Below are positions 37,805-49,138 of a stretch of 49,138 bases of DNA, in pieces. Source of the DNA: Eledone cirrhosa (Eukaryota); assembly GCA_964016885.1 (NCBI GenBank), contig CAXHJY010000459.1, positions 1 to 49,138 on the forward strand, read 5' to 3'. A model generated the notes under the pieces. It was not told where the DNA came from. It did not search any database and was given only the letters and a program-made list of their open reading frames with translations. Made by a program: the position numbers and the translations under genes. Numbering within the stretch: the stretch's first letter is position 1; every line of letters starts with the position of its first letter.

Positions 37805-40203
37805 ATCATCATCATCATCATTGTTTAACGTCCATCTTCCACACTAGCATGGGTTAGACGGGAGTTGTCCCACTTGAGGCAAGGTTGGTCGGGTGACCGT
37901 GTCTCACTCATATAGTACTATCTGGCAGGTTTTCTATGGCTGGATGCCCTTCCTAACACCAACCACGTTTACAGTGTGGAACTGGGAACTATTTACTGTT
38001 ACCTACACGGTCACATTACAGCGTGGATTGTGTGTTTTTTTTGTGACACCTACACGATCTAGATCTCATTTATTTTGACTGGATGTTGTGGTACCAACTT
38101 TACAGAAAAAGGGTGGTGTTGGTGGGAGTGGGAGGATAGGGGTGTATATTTGGTTAAAAGGTGCCTACTGACTGTAGGTTTCGCTTTGTACATAGGCAAG
38201 GCGGGTCTTCTGTATTACTGCGTAGTGCCAAAGATCTCGGTCCAGTGACATTGTCTTAGAGAGGTGCAAGTGTGTAAGGTCGGAATTTATCAGATCGTCC
38301 CAGGTTTTTCTGGGTCTACCTACTCCATAACTACCATCAATTTTGATCGCCCTGCAGTTTTTCATGCAGCTGTCGTCTTTCATGTGCATCACGTGACCAT
38401 ACCAACATAGCCTTCTCTCAAGTAAACAGCATCTGATCCTCTTATTCCTAATTTCTCAGTTCATTTATGCTTTGCCGTTCACGTATATTACTATTATACA
38501 TCCAATGGAGCATGCATGCTTCGTTCTTTTCCAGTCTGCACAGGTCCTCTGCACGTAATGCCCATGTCTCACTGCCATGTAGCATTGCTGTTCACATACA
38601 GGCATCATACAATCTGCCTTTCATTTTTAGAGAGAAACCTTTTGTGGCCAACAGTGGTATAAGCTCTCTGAACTTTTTCCATCCTGTTCTGACTCTGGCT
38701 ACTGTACTTTCAGAACACCCTCCACCACTGCTGATTTCGTCACCCAGGTAACGGAAAGTGTCTACTATTTCTATAGAACCATCTGGGCAATAGAAGGAGC
38801 TAGTATCCTGTAGACACTTGCTACTTATTGCACCTGAGCATTGGCCACATATAAAGTCTACGTTCTTAGATAGTTTACCTGTGATCCCACTACATCTTTT
38901 ATGTACCCATACTTTGCATTTGGGACATAAAATTGAATTTCTGCCTACTCCTTTCCTACACACTGAGCATGGCCATTTCCCTGAGGGCACCTGTGCCCTA
39001 ATTTTCCTTTCTACAAACTAGAACTTTAGTCTTAGACAAGTTAACTTTAAGGCCTTTTGATTCTAGGCCATGCTTCCATGTTTGGAATTTCTTCTCTAGT
39101 TCAGCCATTGATTCAGCTATAAGCGTTAGATCATCTGTATATAGGAGTTCCCATGTGCAGCTGGTCTTGAACTCCTCTGTTATAGCCTGAAGGGCAATAA
39201 TAAATAGGAGAGGGCTAAGGACAGAGCCTTGATGAACGCCAATTTTTACACTAAATTCTTCACAATATTCATTGTTAATTCTAACCTTACTGACTGTTTC
39301 ATTATACATAGCTTGTATAGCTCTCACAAGCCATTCATCTACACCTAGTTTTCTAAGAGCCCACCAGATAATGGAGCGGGGGACTCTGTCAAAGGCTTTC
39401 TCCAGGTCTACAAAAGCTAAGTAGATTTATTTATGGGTTTACTTTTAGCTAGGTACTTCTCTTGTAGTTGTCGTACAAGGAAAAGAGCATCTGACACAAA
39501 CCCAAACTGTATTTCATCTAGATCAATTCGCTCTCTGATTAGTTGCGCTATAACTCTTTCTGTGACCTTCATGACCTGGTCAACTAACTTAATGCCTCTA
39601 TAGTTTCCCCTATCTAGAGCATCCCCATTACCCTTGTAGCAGTTAATGATGATGCTGCTACCCCAGTCTTTTGGTATGACCCCATTCTGTATTACTACGG
39701 GGGACCATAGTGTGTCCCACCATACCAGATGCCTTCAACATCTCAGCAACTATTTCCGAAGGCCCAGCTGCCTTGCCTGTCTTCATATCTTTGATTGCCT
39801 TACTTATACTACCTTTAACTTGCACCGCTGGTCCCTCTATTGGATCGATTTGGGGAAGACTATCTTTTTCCCATTTATTCTCCTCATTTAGTAGTCTCTC
39901 TCTATATATATGTATATATAGCTTCTTTCCTGGCCACTTGATAGTGCTCTCTACTTCCCCCATCCTGCCATACTTTCCAAGCCTGCTTTTTGGCCTTGAT
40001 TGTCTCTTCCACCACCAAGTTACTCTTCTCCTGCCAATAGGTCTGCTCCAGCCACAGATTTCATCCGTTGCTTTCAGCAGGTTCACTTTTAAGAATTGCC
40101 ACTGTTCCTCTATATCGCACATTTCTAATTGCTCTTCCTTATTGTCAAAGGCATCAAGTAATAAGCTTTTAAATTTGTCACTGGCTATGGGGTCCTTCAG
40201 ACA
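37805..40203 (-). pseudogene. Older 5'-truncated RTE LINE (2.4 kb) with frameshifts and stops; related subfamily with the same PHD insert
   Basis: ORF pieces 39658..40122 (KAAGPSEIVAEMLKA), 38998..39327 (GVHQGSVLSPLLF, YTDD), 38592..38990, 38165..38392 (GRPRKTW); (GAT)n tail at 37805-20. Confidence 0.93.
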
Positions 40204-40212
40204 TATTAATTT

Positions 40213-40400
40213 GAATTGGCAGTATCAGTAGAGGGTCGGACGCCATGCTTTGACGCATAGAGTTACGGCCCTTTCCATTATGAGTTCAAATCCCGCAGAG
40301 GTCAACTTTGCCTTTCATCCTTACGGGGGTCGATAAAATAAAGTACCAGTAATGTACTGGGTAATTTGCTGGCCTTGTGCCAAATGTAGAAACAATTATT
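40213..40400 (+). mobile_element. Deu/Nin-like SINE abutting the LINE 5' end
   Basis: GAGTTCAAATCCCG, GTCAACTTTGCCTTTCATCCTTACGGGGGTCGATAAAATAAAGTACCAGT. Confidence 0.82.
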
Positions 40401-40655
40401 AATTTTATATCTATTTTAAAACTACAATGAAGTTTCTAGGATATAATACCAGTTTTCCATAACATCAGTTACAAATAACTAAAGTTATTACACAAGATGT
40501 AAGTGACAAGAATAATTTATAACTAATCCAATGTGTCAATATAAGTTGAACCATTCCATTGCAATATTTCTCATGAAATACACTGTATTTGAATTAATGA
40601 AGAATTTGAATGGATTTACTCAAATTATTAATTATTTCATTATTACAATAGTATT

Positions 40656-40805
40656 TGTGGTCACCCTCTTCCTGCAGAAGCTCACAAGATGTGGTCACCT
40701 TCTTTCTGTTAGAAACACACAAGATGTGGTTACCCTCTTCTTTCTGTTAGAAACTCACAAGATTTGGTCACCCTCTTCCTTCTGTTAGAAACTCACAAGA
40801 TGTGT
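40656..40805. repeat. Minisatellite, ~33-37-bp unit, 4 copies
   Basis: GTGGTCACCCTCTTC..TCTGTTAGAAACTCACAAGAT. Confidence 0.9.
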
Positions 40806-41199
40806 TGTCATCCATTTATGTTACATGTCAATACTAGTGCCATCTTTTCTTTGAGAAATAACAAATAAGACAATGCAAGTAGCAACAATGTATATTTCTG
40901 CTAAAACAAATTAGGGAACCCCCAGTAACTTTGCTAATATGAAGTGGCATATATTCCAACTAGGACACAAGACTAGATAACTTAAGAGAGACATTAAGAT
41001 CTTAACAGTTCAGGACAAAAAACAAAACAAAAAAACTTTGAATCAATACAATAATTTTACTACTAACAGCAGATGCTTAACAACTATGGTCTTCCAGTTT
41101 ATATGTTGACATCAATACCCTACACCAGGTGGCAGATAAAATAGCGTAGCAGCTGCAAACAAATATGTATATTAAAACATTTTTGTTTCTTTTAAATAT

Positions 41200-41532
41200 G
41201 TCCTGTTTAGAATCTATTCCATATCTATGGGTCATGAGAAAGGACTAAATGTGTCCGGTTTAGAATAGGTATTCCATATCTATGAGTCCTGAGAAAGGAC
41301 TAAATGTGTCCGGTTTAGAATAGGTACTCCATATCTATGAGTGCTATAAGAAAGGACTAAATATGTTCGGTTTAGAATAGGTACTCCATATCTATGAGTG
41401 CTATAAGAAAGGACTAAATATGTTCGGTTTAGAATAGGTACTCCATATCTATGAGTGCCATAAGAAAGGACTAAATGTGTCTGGTTTAGAATAGCTACTC
41501 CATATCTACGGGTGTCATAAGAAAGAACTAAA
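41200..41532. repeat. Minisatellite, ~57-bp unit, about 5.5 copies
   Basis: GTTTAGAATAGGTACTCCATATCTATGAGTGCTATAAGAAAGGACTAAATATGTTCG. Confidence 0.95.
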
Positions 41533-41811
41533 AGGGTTTGTGTCAAGGACATCTGGCTGTACAACATTGCCTCAAAAATCCCATTCAACCCATGCTAATT
41601 TGGAAAAATTGACATCACAATGATGAAGAAAGCTTGAATAAAATCCACATTGGAGTAGTGATTTCATTGACACAAAGGAACTGGTGTTACTATGGTACTA
41701 ACAAATATCTTTGACTAATTAACACGCAACAACACACTAACCTTTAGCTTACACAAGCATAGTTTCCTCTTTTTGCCTAGTCTATCACTACTACAGTTTC
41801 AGAAACAGTGA

Positions 41812-42125
41812 AGGCTTAGTGGTTAGGCTGTTTGACTCACAATTGTAAGGTTACAAGTTCAATTCTTGAATAGGGTGTCATGTTGAATCCTTGAGCAAGA
41901 CGCTTTCATGTTGTTTCAGTTCACTCAGTTGGCAAACATTAGTTATACCGGTAATTCAAGGGCCAGCTTTATCATATATTGTGTCACACTGAATCCCTTT
42001 GAGAAGTACATTAAGGGTACACGTGTCTGTGGAATGCTCAGTCACTTGCACATTAATTTCATGAACAGGCAGTTCAATTGGTTGAATCAACCGGAGCACA
42101 TATCATTGAAAACAATGGATGTTCA
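41812..42125 (+). mobile_element. tRNA/CORE-like SINE with a different tail
   Basis: GGCTTAGTGGTTAG, AAGTTCAATTC, CCTTGAGCAAGACGCTT. Confidence 0.75.
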
Positions 42126-42163
42126 ACAACACAACAGCCTCAACTATTTTGAATTAGCTATCA

Positions 42164-42274
42164 CAGAGTTTCCTAAACTTTTTCAAACGTGGAACCCTTT
42201 TGGGTGAACATGGAACCCCAGACACTCCTTTGTGGAACCCTTGGGTTCCACAGAACCCACTTTGGGAATCACTA
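42164..42274. mobile_element. 111-bp hAT (Charlie-like) MITE
   Basis: TIR CAGAGTTTCCTAAA / TTTGGGAATCACTA; 8-bp TSD AGCTATCA / AGCTAGCA. Confidence 0.75.
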
Positions 42275-42302
42275 AGCTAGCAGCAAACCCTCTAGACAGA
42301 GG

Positions 42303-42838
42303 CTCACCTGACCTAGTTGTGTCTCATCCCCACCGTGTAACCTTGCAGACCTTCAGATACTCACCTGACCCAGTTGTGTCTCATCCCCACCGTGTAACCT
42401 TGCAGACCTTCAGATACTCACCTGACCCAGCTGTGTCTCATCCCCACCGTGTAACATTGCAGACCTTCAGATGTTCACCTGACCCAGCTGTGTCTCATCC
42501 CCACCGTGTAACCTTGCAGACCTTCAGATGTTCACCTGACCCAGCTGTGTCTCATCCCCACCGTGTAACCTTGCAGACCTTCAGATGTTCACCTGACCCA
42601 GCTGTGTCTCATCCCCACCGTGTAACATTGCAGACCTTCAGATGTTCACCTGACCCAGCTGTGTCTCATCCCCACCGTGTAACCTTGCAGACCTTCAGAT
42701 GTTCACCTGACCTAGTTGTGTCTCATCCCCACCGTGTAACATTGCAGACCTTCAGATGTTCACCTGACCCAGCTGTGTCTCATCCCCACCGTGTAACCTT
42801 GCAGACCTTCAGATGTTCACCTGACCCAGTTGTGTATC
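42303..42838. repeat. Minisatellite, 57-bp unit, about 9.4 copies
   Basis: TCACCTGACCCAGCTGTGTCTCATCCCCACCGTGTAACCTTGCAGACCTTCAGATGT. Confidence 0.98.
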
Positions 42839-42909
42839 ATTGCACAATAATGCCCGCAATAATGTTGATACTCAAGATGTAGTGTGGGAAACAAAGAAAA
42901 TATGCTTAC

Positions 42910-43041
42910 CATGTCATCAAGATCTTCTTCACGGCTGTAACGAGCATAATCTTTACGTAAGGTTCTCATCAGAATCATACTGACGAGGCCAACCAAAAAG
43001 ATCACCATCATGAAAGAATTGAAGATACTGAACCAATGAAT
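42910..43041 (-). CDS. TM9SF3: TM9SF3 exon, 132 nt: [44 protein letters not shown] (first TM helix)
   Basis: Overlaps ORF 42817..43011; nonaspanin signature IHWFSIFNS...LRKDYARY; TTTAG acceptor, GTAAG donor. Confidence 0.97.
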
Positions 43042-43629
43042 CTAAAATAGAGAATGACTGACATAAGCAGAAACATAGACAGAGTCAGAGGTAGGAAAGA
43101 GGTTAAAAAGCTGATGTGATAACCTGGGACAGAAATAGGCAGGTGTGTAAAAAAAAAAAAACAGCACAATTTAAGGATTATATTATGAATAAAATACAAT
43201 TACGTTTGCTCCCCAAAATGAAAGGCTCCCACTTTGTGTACCAAGAGGATATCATATAGACTACAACAATAAAGTTGATAGGCATGCTTTCAAAAGTGGA
43301 AGATTGTAACCTATTTTGAAGAGGCTGAGCAATTGAACCCCAAGATTTTACCCAGCTTTTTCTAAGGGCCTCGTATGCACAGAATATGATTCAATTATTT
43401 TGACAGGTAGACAAAAAAATAATTTTCAATCAATAACAAGCGATATCCTTTCTTTCATTCTTAAATAACACGGAGACACAGTTGTTGTTTTTTTAAAATT
43501 ATTTTTGGCACCAGGACGACCACCTTACAGGGTGGACTGGGTGCTTTTATTTGTGGTACTAGTACAGCCAAAGGGTCGATCGGGTCGATTTTGGAGGTTA
43601 CAAAATAATAAAATTCGGAATAAACTTAC

Positions 43630-43707
43630 TCGATGTTGGAAAAAGCTGGGATCCAAATATTTATCAAACCGATCTGTAAACTTTATGGATGACGGGATCC
43701 ATTTTAC
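43630..43707 (-). CDS. TM9SF3: TM9SF3 exon, 78 nt: [26 protein letters not shown]
   Basis: AG/GTAAG boundaries, phase 0-0; [15 protein letters not shown] motif. Confidence 0.96.
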
Positions 43708-43859
43708 CTAGAAAGAAGAGAGATGAAGATTTTAAGTCAAACCACAAAAAATACTTAACATTTTTCTCTGATGAAAATCAGAGCTGCAAAGTCTGAGACA
43801 CTTGTCTTCTCAAGGAAGCCAGTGCACACTATTGAGTGGAGTTCCACTGAACCATCTTG

Positions 43860-44460
43860 GGGCTTTGTTCAAGAGTGATGGAAGGTAGGAGTCTGAATTA
43901 AGTGTAAGAATTGCAGGAGCAGGTGCAGCAATGTGCCAGCTTCAGCATTCGTTTATCAGATGAAGGGAGATAGGTGTAAAAGCCAAACTTGCTATCTTCA
44001 ATTCAGTATTTGTGCTAGCCCTTACCTGTGGTCATGAATCTTGGGTAACGACAAAGAATATGATCACATATACAAATGGTTAAACTGGGATTCCTCCAAA
44101 GGGTCTTTGGAATAATCATCATCATCGTTTTAATGTCCATCTTCCATGCTAGCATCTCGATACAGTGCGTAGCTTGGAGATCAGAGAGTTACTCCAGATA
44201 GAGACGCTACGTCTCCAACTCGAGAGATCACCGCTCCGATACTATGGGCATGTAGTTGGAATGTCACAGGCACAGGAAAGAATTGCTGATTTTATGGGCA
44301 AAAACCAACTGGCAGGAGACCCAGATGGTTGGATAATATCCATGAGCTTGGCTGGTCTCGCTTGGGCAATCAGCTGGATCAATTGGAGACAGGACCCGCT
44401 GGAAGGAGTGTTTGAGGACTCTGCCTACACGACCCTCTTAAGAATAAGTGGGTGAAGAAG
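43860..44460 (+). mobile_element. Decayed RTE (Expander-like) ORF2 3' fragment, interrupted at ~44113-44155 by a short tail of the other RTE family
   Basis: Reads KAKLAIFNSVFVLALTCGHESWV...VRSLEIRELLQIE...ERSPLRYYGHV; boundaries approximate. Confidence 0.8.
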
Positions 44461-44571
44461 ACTTCTTACTCTGAATCTGTCTAGCTCTTACTCAAAGGAC
44501 GCTGATAACTAATCTATGTTGGGAAGTATATTTTTCATCAAGGAAAGTCTTGGCATTTACTCTCTCATTTC

Positions 44572-44991
44572 TTCGTAAGTAGGTAGTCTATGTGGTTTGT
44601 ATGGCAACCTTATTTCGTAAGTAGGTAGTCTATGTGGTTTGTATGGCAACCTTATTTCGTAAGTAGGTAGTCTATGTGGTTTGTATGGCAACCTTATTTC
44701 GTAAGTAGGTAGTCTATGTGGTTTGTATGGCAACCTTATTTCGTAAGTAGGTAGTCTATGTGGTTTGTATGGCAACCTTATTTCGTAAGTAGGTAGTCTA
44801 TGTGGTTTGTATGGCAACCTTATTTCGTAAGTAGGTAGTCTATGTGGTTTGTATGGCAACCTTATTTCGTAAGTAGGTAGTCTATGTGGTTTGTATGGCA
44901 ACCTTATTTCGTAAGTAGGTAGTCTATGTGGTTTGTATGGCAACCTTATTTCGTAAGTAGGTAGTCTATGTGGTTTGTATGGCAACCTTAT
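44572..44991. repeat. Perfect minisatellite, 42-bp unit x 10
   Basis: TTCGTAAGTAGGTAGTCTATGTGGTTTGTATGGCAACCTTAT; no variants seen. Confidence 0.98.
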
Positions 44992-45165
44992 TGGCAAATA
45001 TCAGGTGACTGGCTAGTTTCTTGAAGTTTCTGTTGCAGATGGTTAGGTCAAAATCACCAACTCTTGAAGCAACATTTACACGATATCATTATATTACAGG
45101 CTGATAGAGTAACAACAATTAATCATATTAAAGTAAAATACAATTAAAATACACCTTGGCCTTAC

Positions 45166-45326
45166 CTGGTAAGTGAAGGTTAGCTTTATCTTAGGTTCCA
45201 GCTTCACTTTGGATTCACTCGTCAAGTTCACATCAACTATTTGTTTTCCATTGTAGCCAATATCAAACTTCTTGTGTGTCCAGATGTAATAGGTGTCACC
45301 GCCTTCACCGATCTCACCAACAATAC
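45166..45326 (-). CDS. TM9SF3: TM9SF3 (transmembrane 9 superfamily member 3) coding exon, first one in the window, 161 nt: (G)[53 protein letters not shown]
   Basis: Manual translation of the minus strand; acceptor AG at 45328-45327 and donor GTAAG at 45165-45161; closely resembles the lumenal segment of vertebrate TM9SF3 as I recall it (GIVGE...YYLWTYKK...IVDVNLTSE). Confidence 0.95.
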
Positions 45327-45620
45327 CTACGAGTAAAACAGATATGGATTAAATTAGTCAACAGGATGATCTCAAAGCCATTGCTGAATATCATCATCAT
45401 CATCATGAACAACAAAGTACCAGCTATCAAGAGAGCTATAGTGTTGCTTGATCAACTAAGGAGAGCAGCTAAACAGCCCATAAATTAAACCCAAGCATCT
45501 TAAAAATAGAAGGAGACATAATAGGATAATGTCTGAAAGAAAACAATACACCCCCTCTCTTGTCACCACAGTGAAGGTTGGTTCCCTTGACACACCAACC
45601 TAAACTATGTCATCAGAAGA

Positions 45621-48600
45621 TAACTGTACCTATAAGGGGCTGTTGGTAACTGTCTATAAAGGGCTGTTGGTAACTGTGTCTATAAAGGGCTGTTGGTAAC
45701 TGTCTATAAAGGGCTGTTGGTAACTGTGTCTATAAAGGGCTGTTGGTAACTGTCTATAAAGGGTTGTTGGTAACTGTGTCTATAAAGGGCTGTTGGTAAC
45801 TGTGTCTATAAAGGGCTGTTGGTAACTGTCTATAAAGGGATGTTGGTAACTGTGTCTATAAAGGGCTGTTGGTAACTGTCTATAAAGGGCTGTTGGTAAC
45901 TGTCTATAAAGGGCTGTTGGTAACTGTCTATAAAGGGCTGTTGGTAACTGTGTCTATAAAGGGCTGTTGGTAACTGTCTATAAAGGGCTGTTGGTAACTG
46001 TGTCTATAAAGGGCTGTTGGTAACTGTCTATAAAGGGCTGTTGGTAACTGTCTATAAAGGGCTGTTGGTAACTGTGTCTATAAAGGGCTGTTGGTAACTG
46101 TCTATAAAGGGCTGTTGGTAACTGTGTCTATAAAGGGCTGTTGGTAACTGTCTATAAAGGGCTGTTGGTAACTGTCTATAAAGGGTTGTTGGTAACTGTG
46201 TCTATAAAGGGCTGTTGGTAACTGTGTCTATAAAGGGCTGTTGGTAACTGTCTATAAAGGGCTGTTGGTAACTGTCTATAAAGGGTTGTTGGTAACTGTG
46301 TCTATAAAGGGATGTTGGTAACTGTCTATAAAGGGCTGTTGGTAACTGTCTATAAAGGGCTGTTGGTAACTGTCTATAAAGGGCTGTTGGTAACTGTCTA
46401 TAAAGGGCTGTTGGTAACTGTGTCTATAAAGGGCTGTTGGTAACTGTCTATAAAGGGCTGTTGGTAACTGTCTATAAAGGGTTGTTGGTAACTGTGTCTA
46501 TAAAGGGCTGTTGGTAACTGTGTCTATAAAGGGATGTTGGTAACTGTCTATAAAGGGTTGTTGGTAACTGTGTCTATAAAGGGCTGTTGGTAACTGTGTC
46601 TATAAAGGGCTGTTGGTAACTGTCTATAAAGGGTTGTTGGTAACTGTGTCTATAAAGGGCTGTTGGTAACTGTGTCTATAAAGGGATGTTGGTAACTGTG
46701 TCTATAAAGGGCTGTTGGTAACTGTCTATAAAGGGTTGTTGGTAACTGTGTCTATAAAGGGCTGTTGGTAACTGTGTCTATAAAGGGCTGTTGGTAACTG
46801 TCTATAAAGGGTTGTTGGTAACTGTGTCTATAAAGGGATGTTGGTAACTGTCTATAAAGGGTTGTTGGTAACTGTGTCTATAAAGGGCTGTTGGTAACTG
46901 TCTATAAAGGGATGTTGCTAACTGTGTCTATAAAGGGCTGTTGGTAACTGTCTATAAAGGGTTGTTGGTAACTGTGTCTATAAAGGGCTGTTGGTAACTG
47001 TGTCTATAAAGGGCTGTTGGTAACTGTCTATAAAGGGATGTTGGTAACTGTGTCTATAAAGGGCTGTTGGTAACTGTCTATAAAGGGCTGTTGGTAACTG
47101 TGTCTATAAAGGGCTGTTGGTAACTGTCTATAAAGGGTTGTTGGTAACTGTGTCTATAAAGGGCTGTTGGTAACTGTGTCTATAAAGGGATGTTGGTAAC
47201 TGTCTATAAAGGGTTGTTGGTAACTGTGTCTATAAAGGGCTGTTGGTAACTGTGTCTATAAAGGGCTGTTGGTAACTGTCTATAAAGGGTTGTTGGTAAC
47301 TGTGTCTATAAAGGGCTGTTGGTAACTGTGTCTATAAAGGGATGTTGGTAACTGTGTCTATAAAGGGCTGTTGGTAACTGTCTATAAAGGGTTGTTGGTA
47401 ACTGTGTCTATAAAGGGCTGTTGGTAACTGTGTCTATAAAGGGCTGTTGGTAACTGTCTATAAAGGGTTGTTGGTAACTGTGTCTATAAAGGGATGTTGG
47501 TAACTGTCTATAAAGGGTTGTTGGTAACTGTGTCTATAAAGGGCTGTTGGTAACTTGTCTATAAAGGGCTGTTGGTAACTGTTTATAAAGGGTTGTTGGT
47601 AACTGTGTCTATAAAGGGCTGTTGGTAACTGTGTCTATAAAGGGCTTGTTGGTAACTGTGTCTATAAAGGGCTGTTGGTAACTGTCTATAAAGGGTTGTT
47701 GGTAACTGTGTCTATAAAGGGCTGTTGGTAACTGTGTCTATAAAGGGCTGTTGGTAACTGTGTCTATAAAGGGCTGTTGGTAACTGTCTATAAAGGGTTG
47801 TTGGTAACTGTGTCTATAAAGGGCTGTTGGTAACTGTGTCTATAAAGGGCTGTTGGTAACTGTCTATAAAGGGTTGTTGGTAACTGTGTCTATAAAGGGC
47901 TGTTGGTAACTGGTCTATAAAGGGTTGTTGGTAACTGTGTCTATAAAGGGCTGTTGGTAACTGGTCTATAAAGGGCTGTTGGTAACTGTGTCTATAAAGG
48001 GCTGTTGGTAACTGTGTCTATAAAGGGCTGTTAAGGTTGGTAACTGTGTCTATAAAGGGCTGTTGGTAACTGTGTCTATAAAGGGCTGTTGGTAACTGTC
48101 TATAAAGGGTTGTTGGTAACTGTGTCTATAAAGGGCTGTTGGTAACTGTGTCTATAAAGGGCTGTTGGTAACTGTCTATAAAGGGTTGTTGGTAACTGTG
48201 TCTATAAAGGGCTGTTGGTAACTGTGTCTATAAAGGGCTGTTGGTAACTGTCTATAAAGGGTTGTTGGTAACTGTGTCTATAAAGGGCTGTTGGTAACTG
48301 TCTATAAAGGGATGTTGGTAACTGTGTCTATAAAGGGCTGTTGGTAACTGTCTATAAAGGGTTGTTGGTAACTGTGTCTATAAAGGGCTGTTGGTAACTG
48401 TGTCTATAAAGGGCTGTTGGTAACTGTCTATAAAGGGTGTTGGTAACTGTGTCTATAAAGGGCTGTTGGTAACTGTGTCTATAAAGGGCTGTTGGTAACT
48501 GTCTATAAAGGGCTGTTGGTAACTGTGTCTATAAAGGGCTGTTGGTAACTGTCTATAAAGGGTTGTTGGTAACTGTGTCTATAAAGGGCTGTTGGTAACT

Positions 48601-49138
48601 TGTCTATAAAGGGTGTTGGTAACTGGTCTATAAAGGGCTGTTGGTAACTGTGTCTATAAAGGGCTGTTGGTAACTGTCTATAAAGGGTTGTTGGTAACTG
48701 TGTCTATAAAGGGCTGTTGGTAACTGTGTCTATAAAGGGCTGTTGGTAACTGTGTCTATAAAGGGCTGTTGGTAACTGTGTCTATAAAGGGCTGTTGGTA
48801 ACTGTCTATAAAGGGTTGTTGGTAACTGTGTCTATAAAGGGCTGTTGGTAACTGTGTCTATAAAGGGCTGTTGGTAACTGTCTATAAAGGGTTGTTGGTA
48901 ACTGTGTCTATAAAGGGCTGTTGGTAACTGTGTCTATAAAGGGCTGTTGGTAACTGTCTATAAAGGGTTGTTGGTAACTGTGTCTATAAAGGGCTGTTGG
49001 TAACTGTCTATAAAGGGTTGTTGGTAACTGTGTCTATAAGAGGGCTGTTGGTAACTGTCTATAAAGGGTTGTTGGTAACTGTGTACCTACATAAAGGGCT
49101 GTTGGTAACTGTCTATAAAGGGTGGTTGGTAACTGAGT
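45621..49138. repeat. Intronic satellite, 24/26-bp unit GGG(C/T/A)TGTTGGTAACTGT(GT)CTATAAA, roughly 140 copies, reaching the window end
   Basis: Directly visible; starts ~295 bp upstream (gene sense) of the exon acceptor at 45326. Confidence 0.99.

Noticed and set aside
28876-40231. Plus-strand ORFs 28876..29322, 29362..29991, 38467..38751, 39710..40231
   Set aside because: Antisense shadows of the RTE reading frame.
43766-43783. CTGATGA within the hairpin CTCTGAT-GAAA-ATCAGAG
   Set aside because: The motif is itself paired and lacks the stem II/GAAA/UH arrangement; just a short palindrome.
42232-44997. Repeat-protein ORFs 42232..42882 and 44557..44997 (also 41280..41588)
   Set aside because: Unit lengths of 57 and 42 bp are multiples of 3 and stop-free by chance; they lie in introns with no splice or homology support.
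41200-49138. Regular arrays resembling CRISPR
   Set aside because: Head-to-tail repeats with no unique spacers, no cas genes, eukaryotic intron context.

Overview
AT-rich eukaryotic (metazoan) DNA, most likely a coleoid cephalopod such as Octopus. That is an inference from the repeat families; no database search was possible. The only host gene is a TM9SF3 orthologue on the minus strand: 12 coding exons between 45326 and 25637 splice in frame with GT-AG sites (1349 nt, ending ...STVKID*), and its 5' exons lie beyond the right edge. Bases ~120-16057 are a 16-kb interrupted (TA)n microsatellite, which accounts for all the giant Y/I/C/M/V/H/T ORFs (spurious). Bases 45621-49138 are a 24/26-bp satellite inside an intron. 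The remainder is transposon debris: RTE-clade LINEs (one young 5'-truncated copy with an open RT frame), a Tx1/L1-like 3' end, tRNA-derived CORE-like and Deu/Nin-like SINEs, TTAA-flanked and hAT MITEs, and several minisatellites. The most notable observations are (1) a complete type I hammerhead ribozyme fold at 16164-16234, next to a 100-bp palindrome in a small element inserted in the (TA)n tract, (2) a C4HC3 PHD finger embedded in the RT region of two divergent RTE copies, (3) inverted young retroelement pairs bracketing blocks of TM9SF3 exons, and (4) a strand-polarity flip in the giant microsatellite. I found no prokaryotic-type system and no CRISPR array, and I cannot establish that any of these is previously undescribed.
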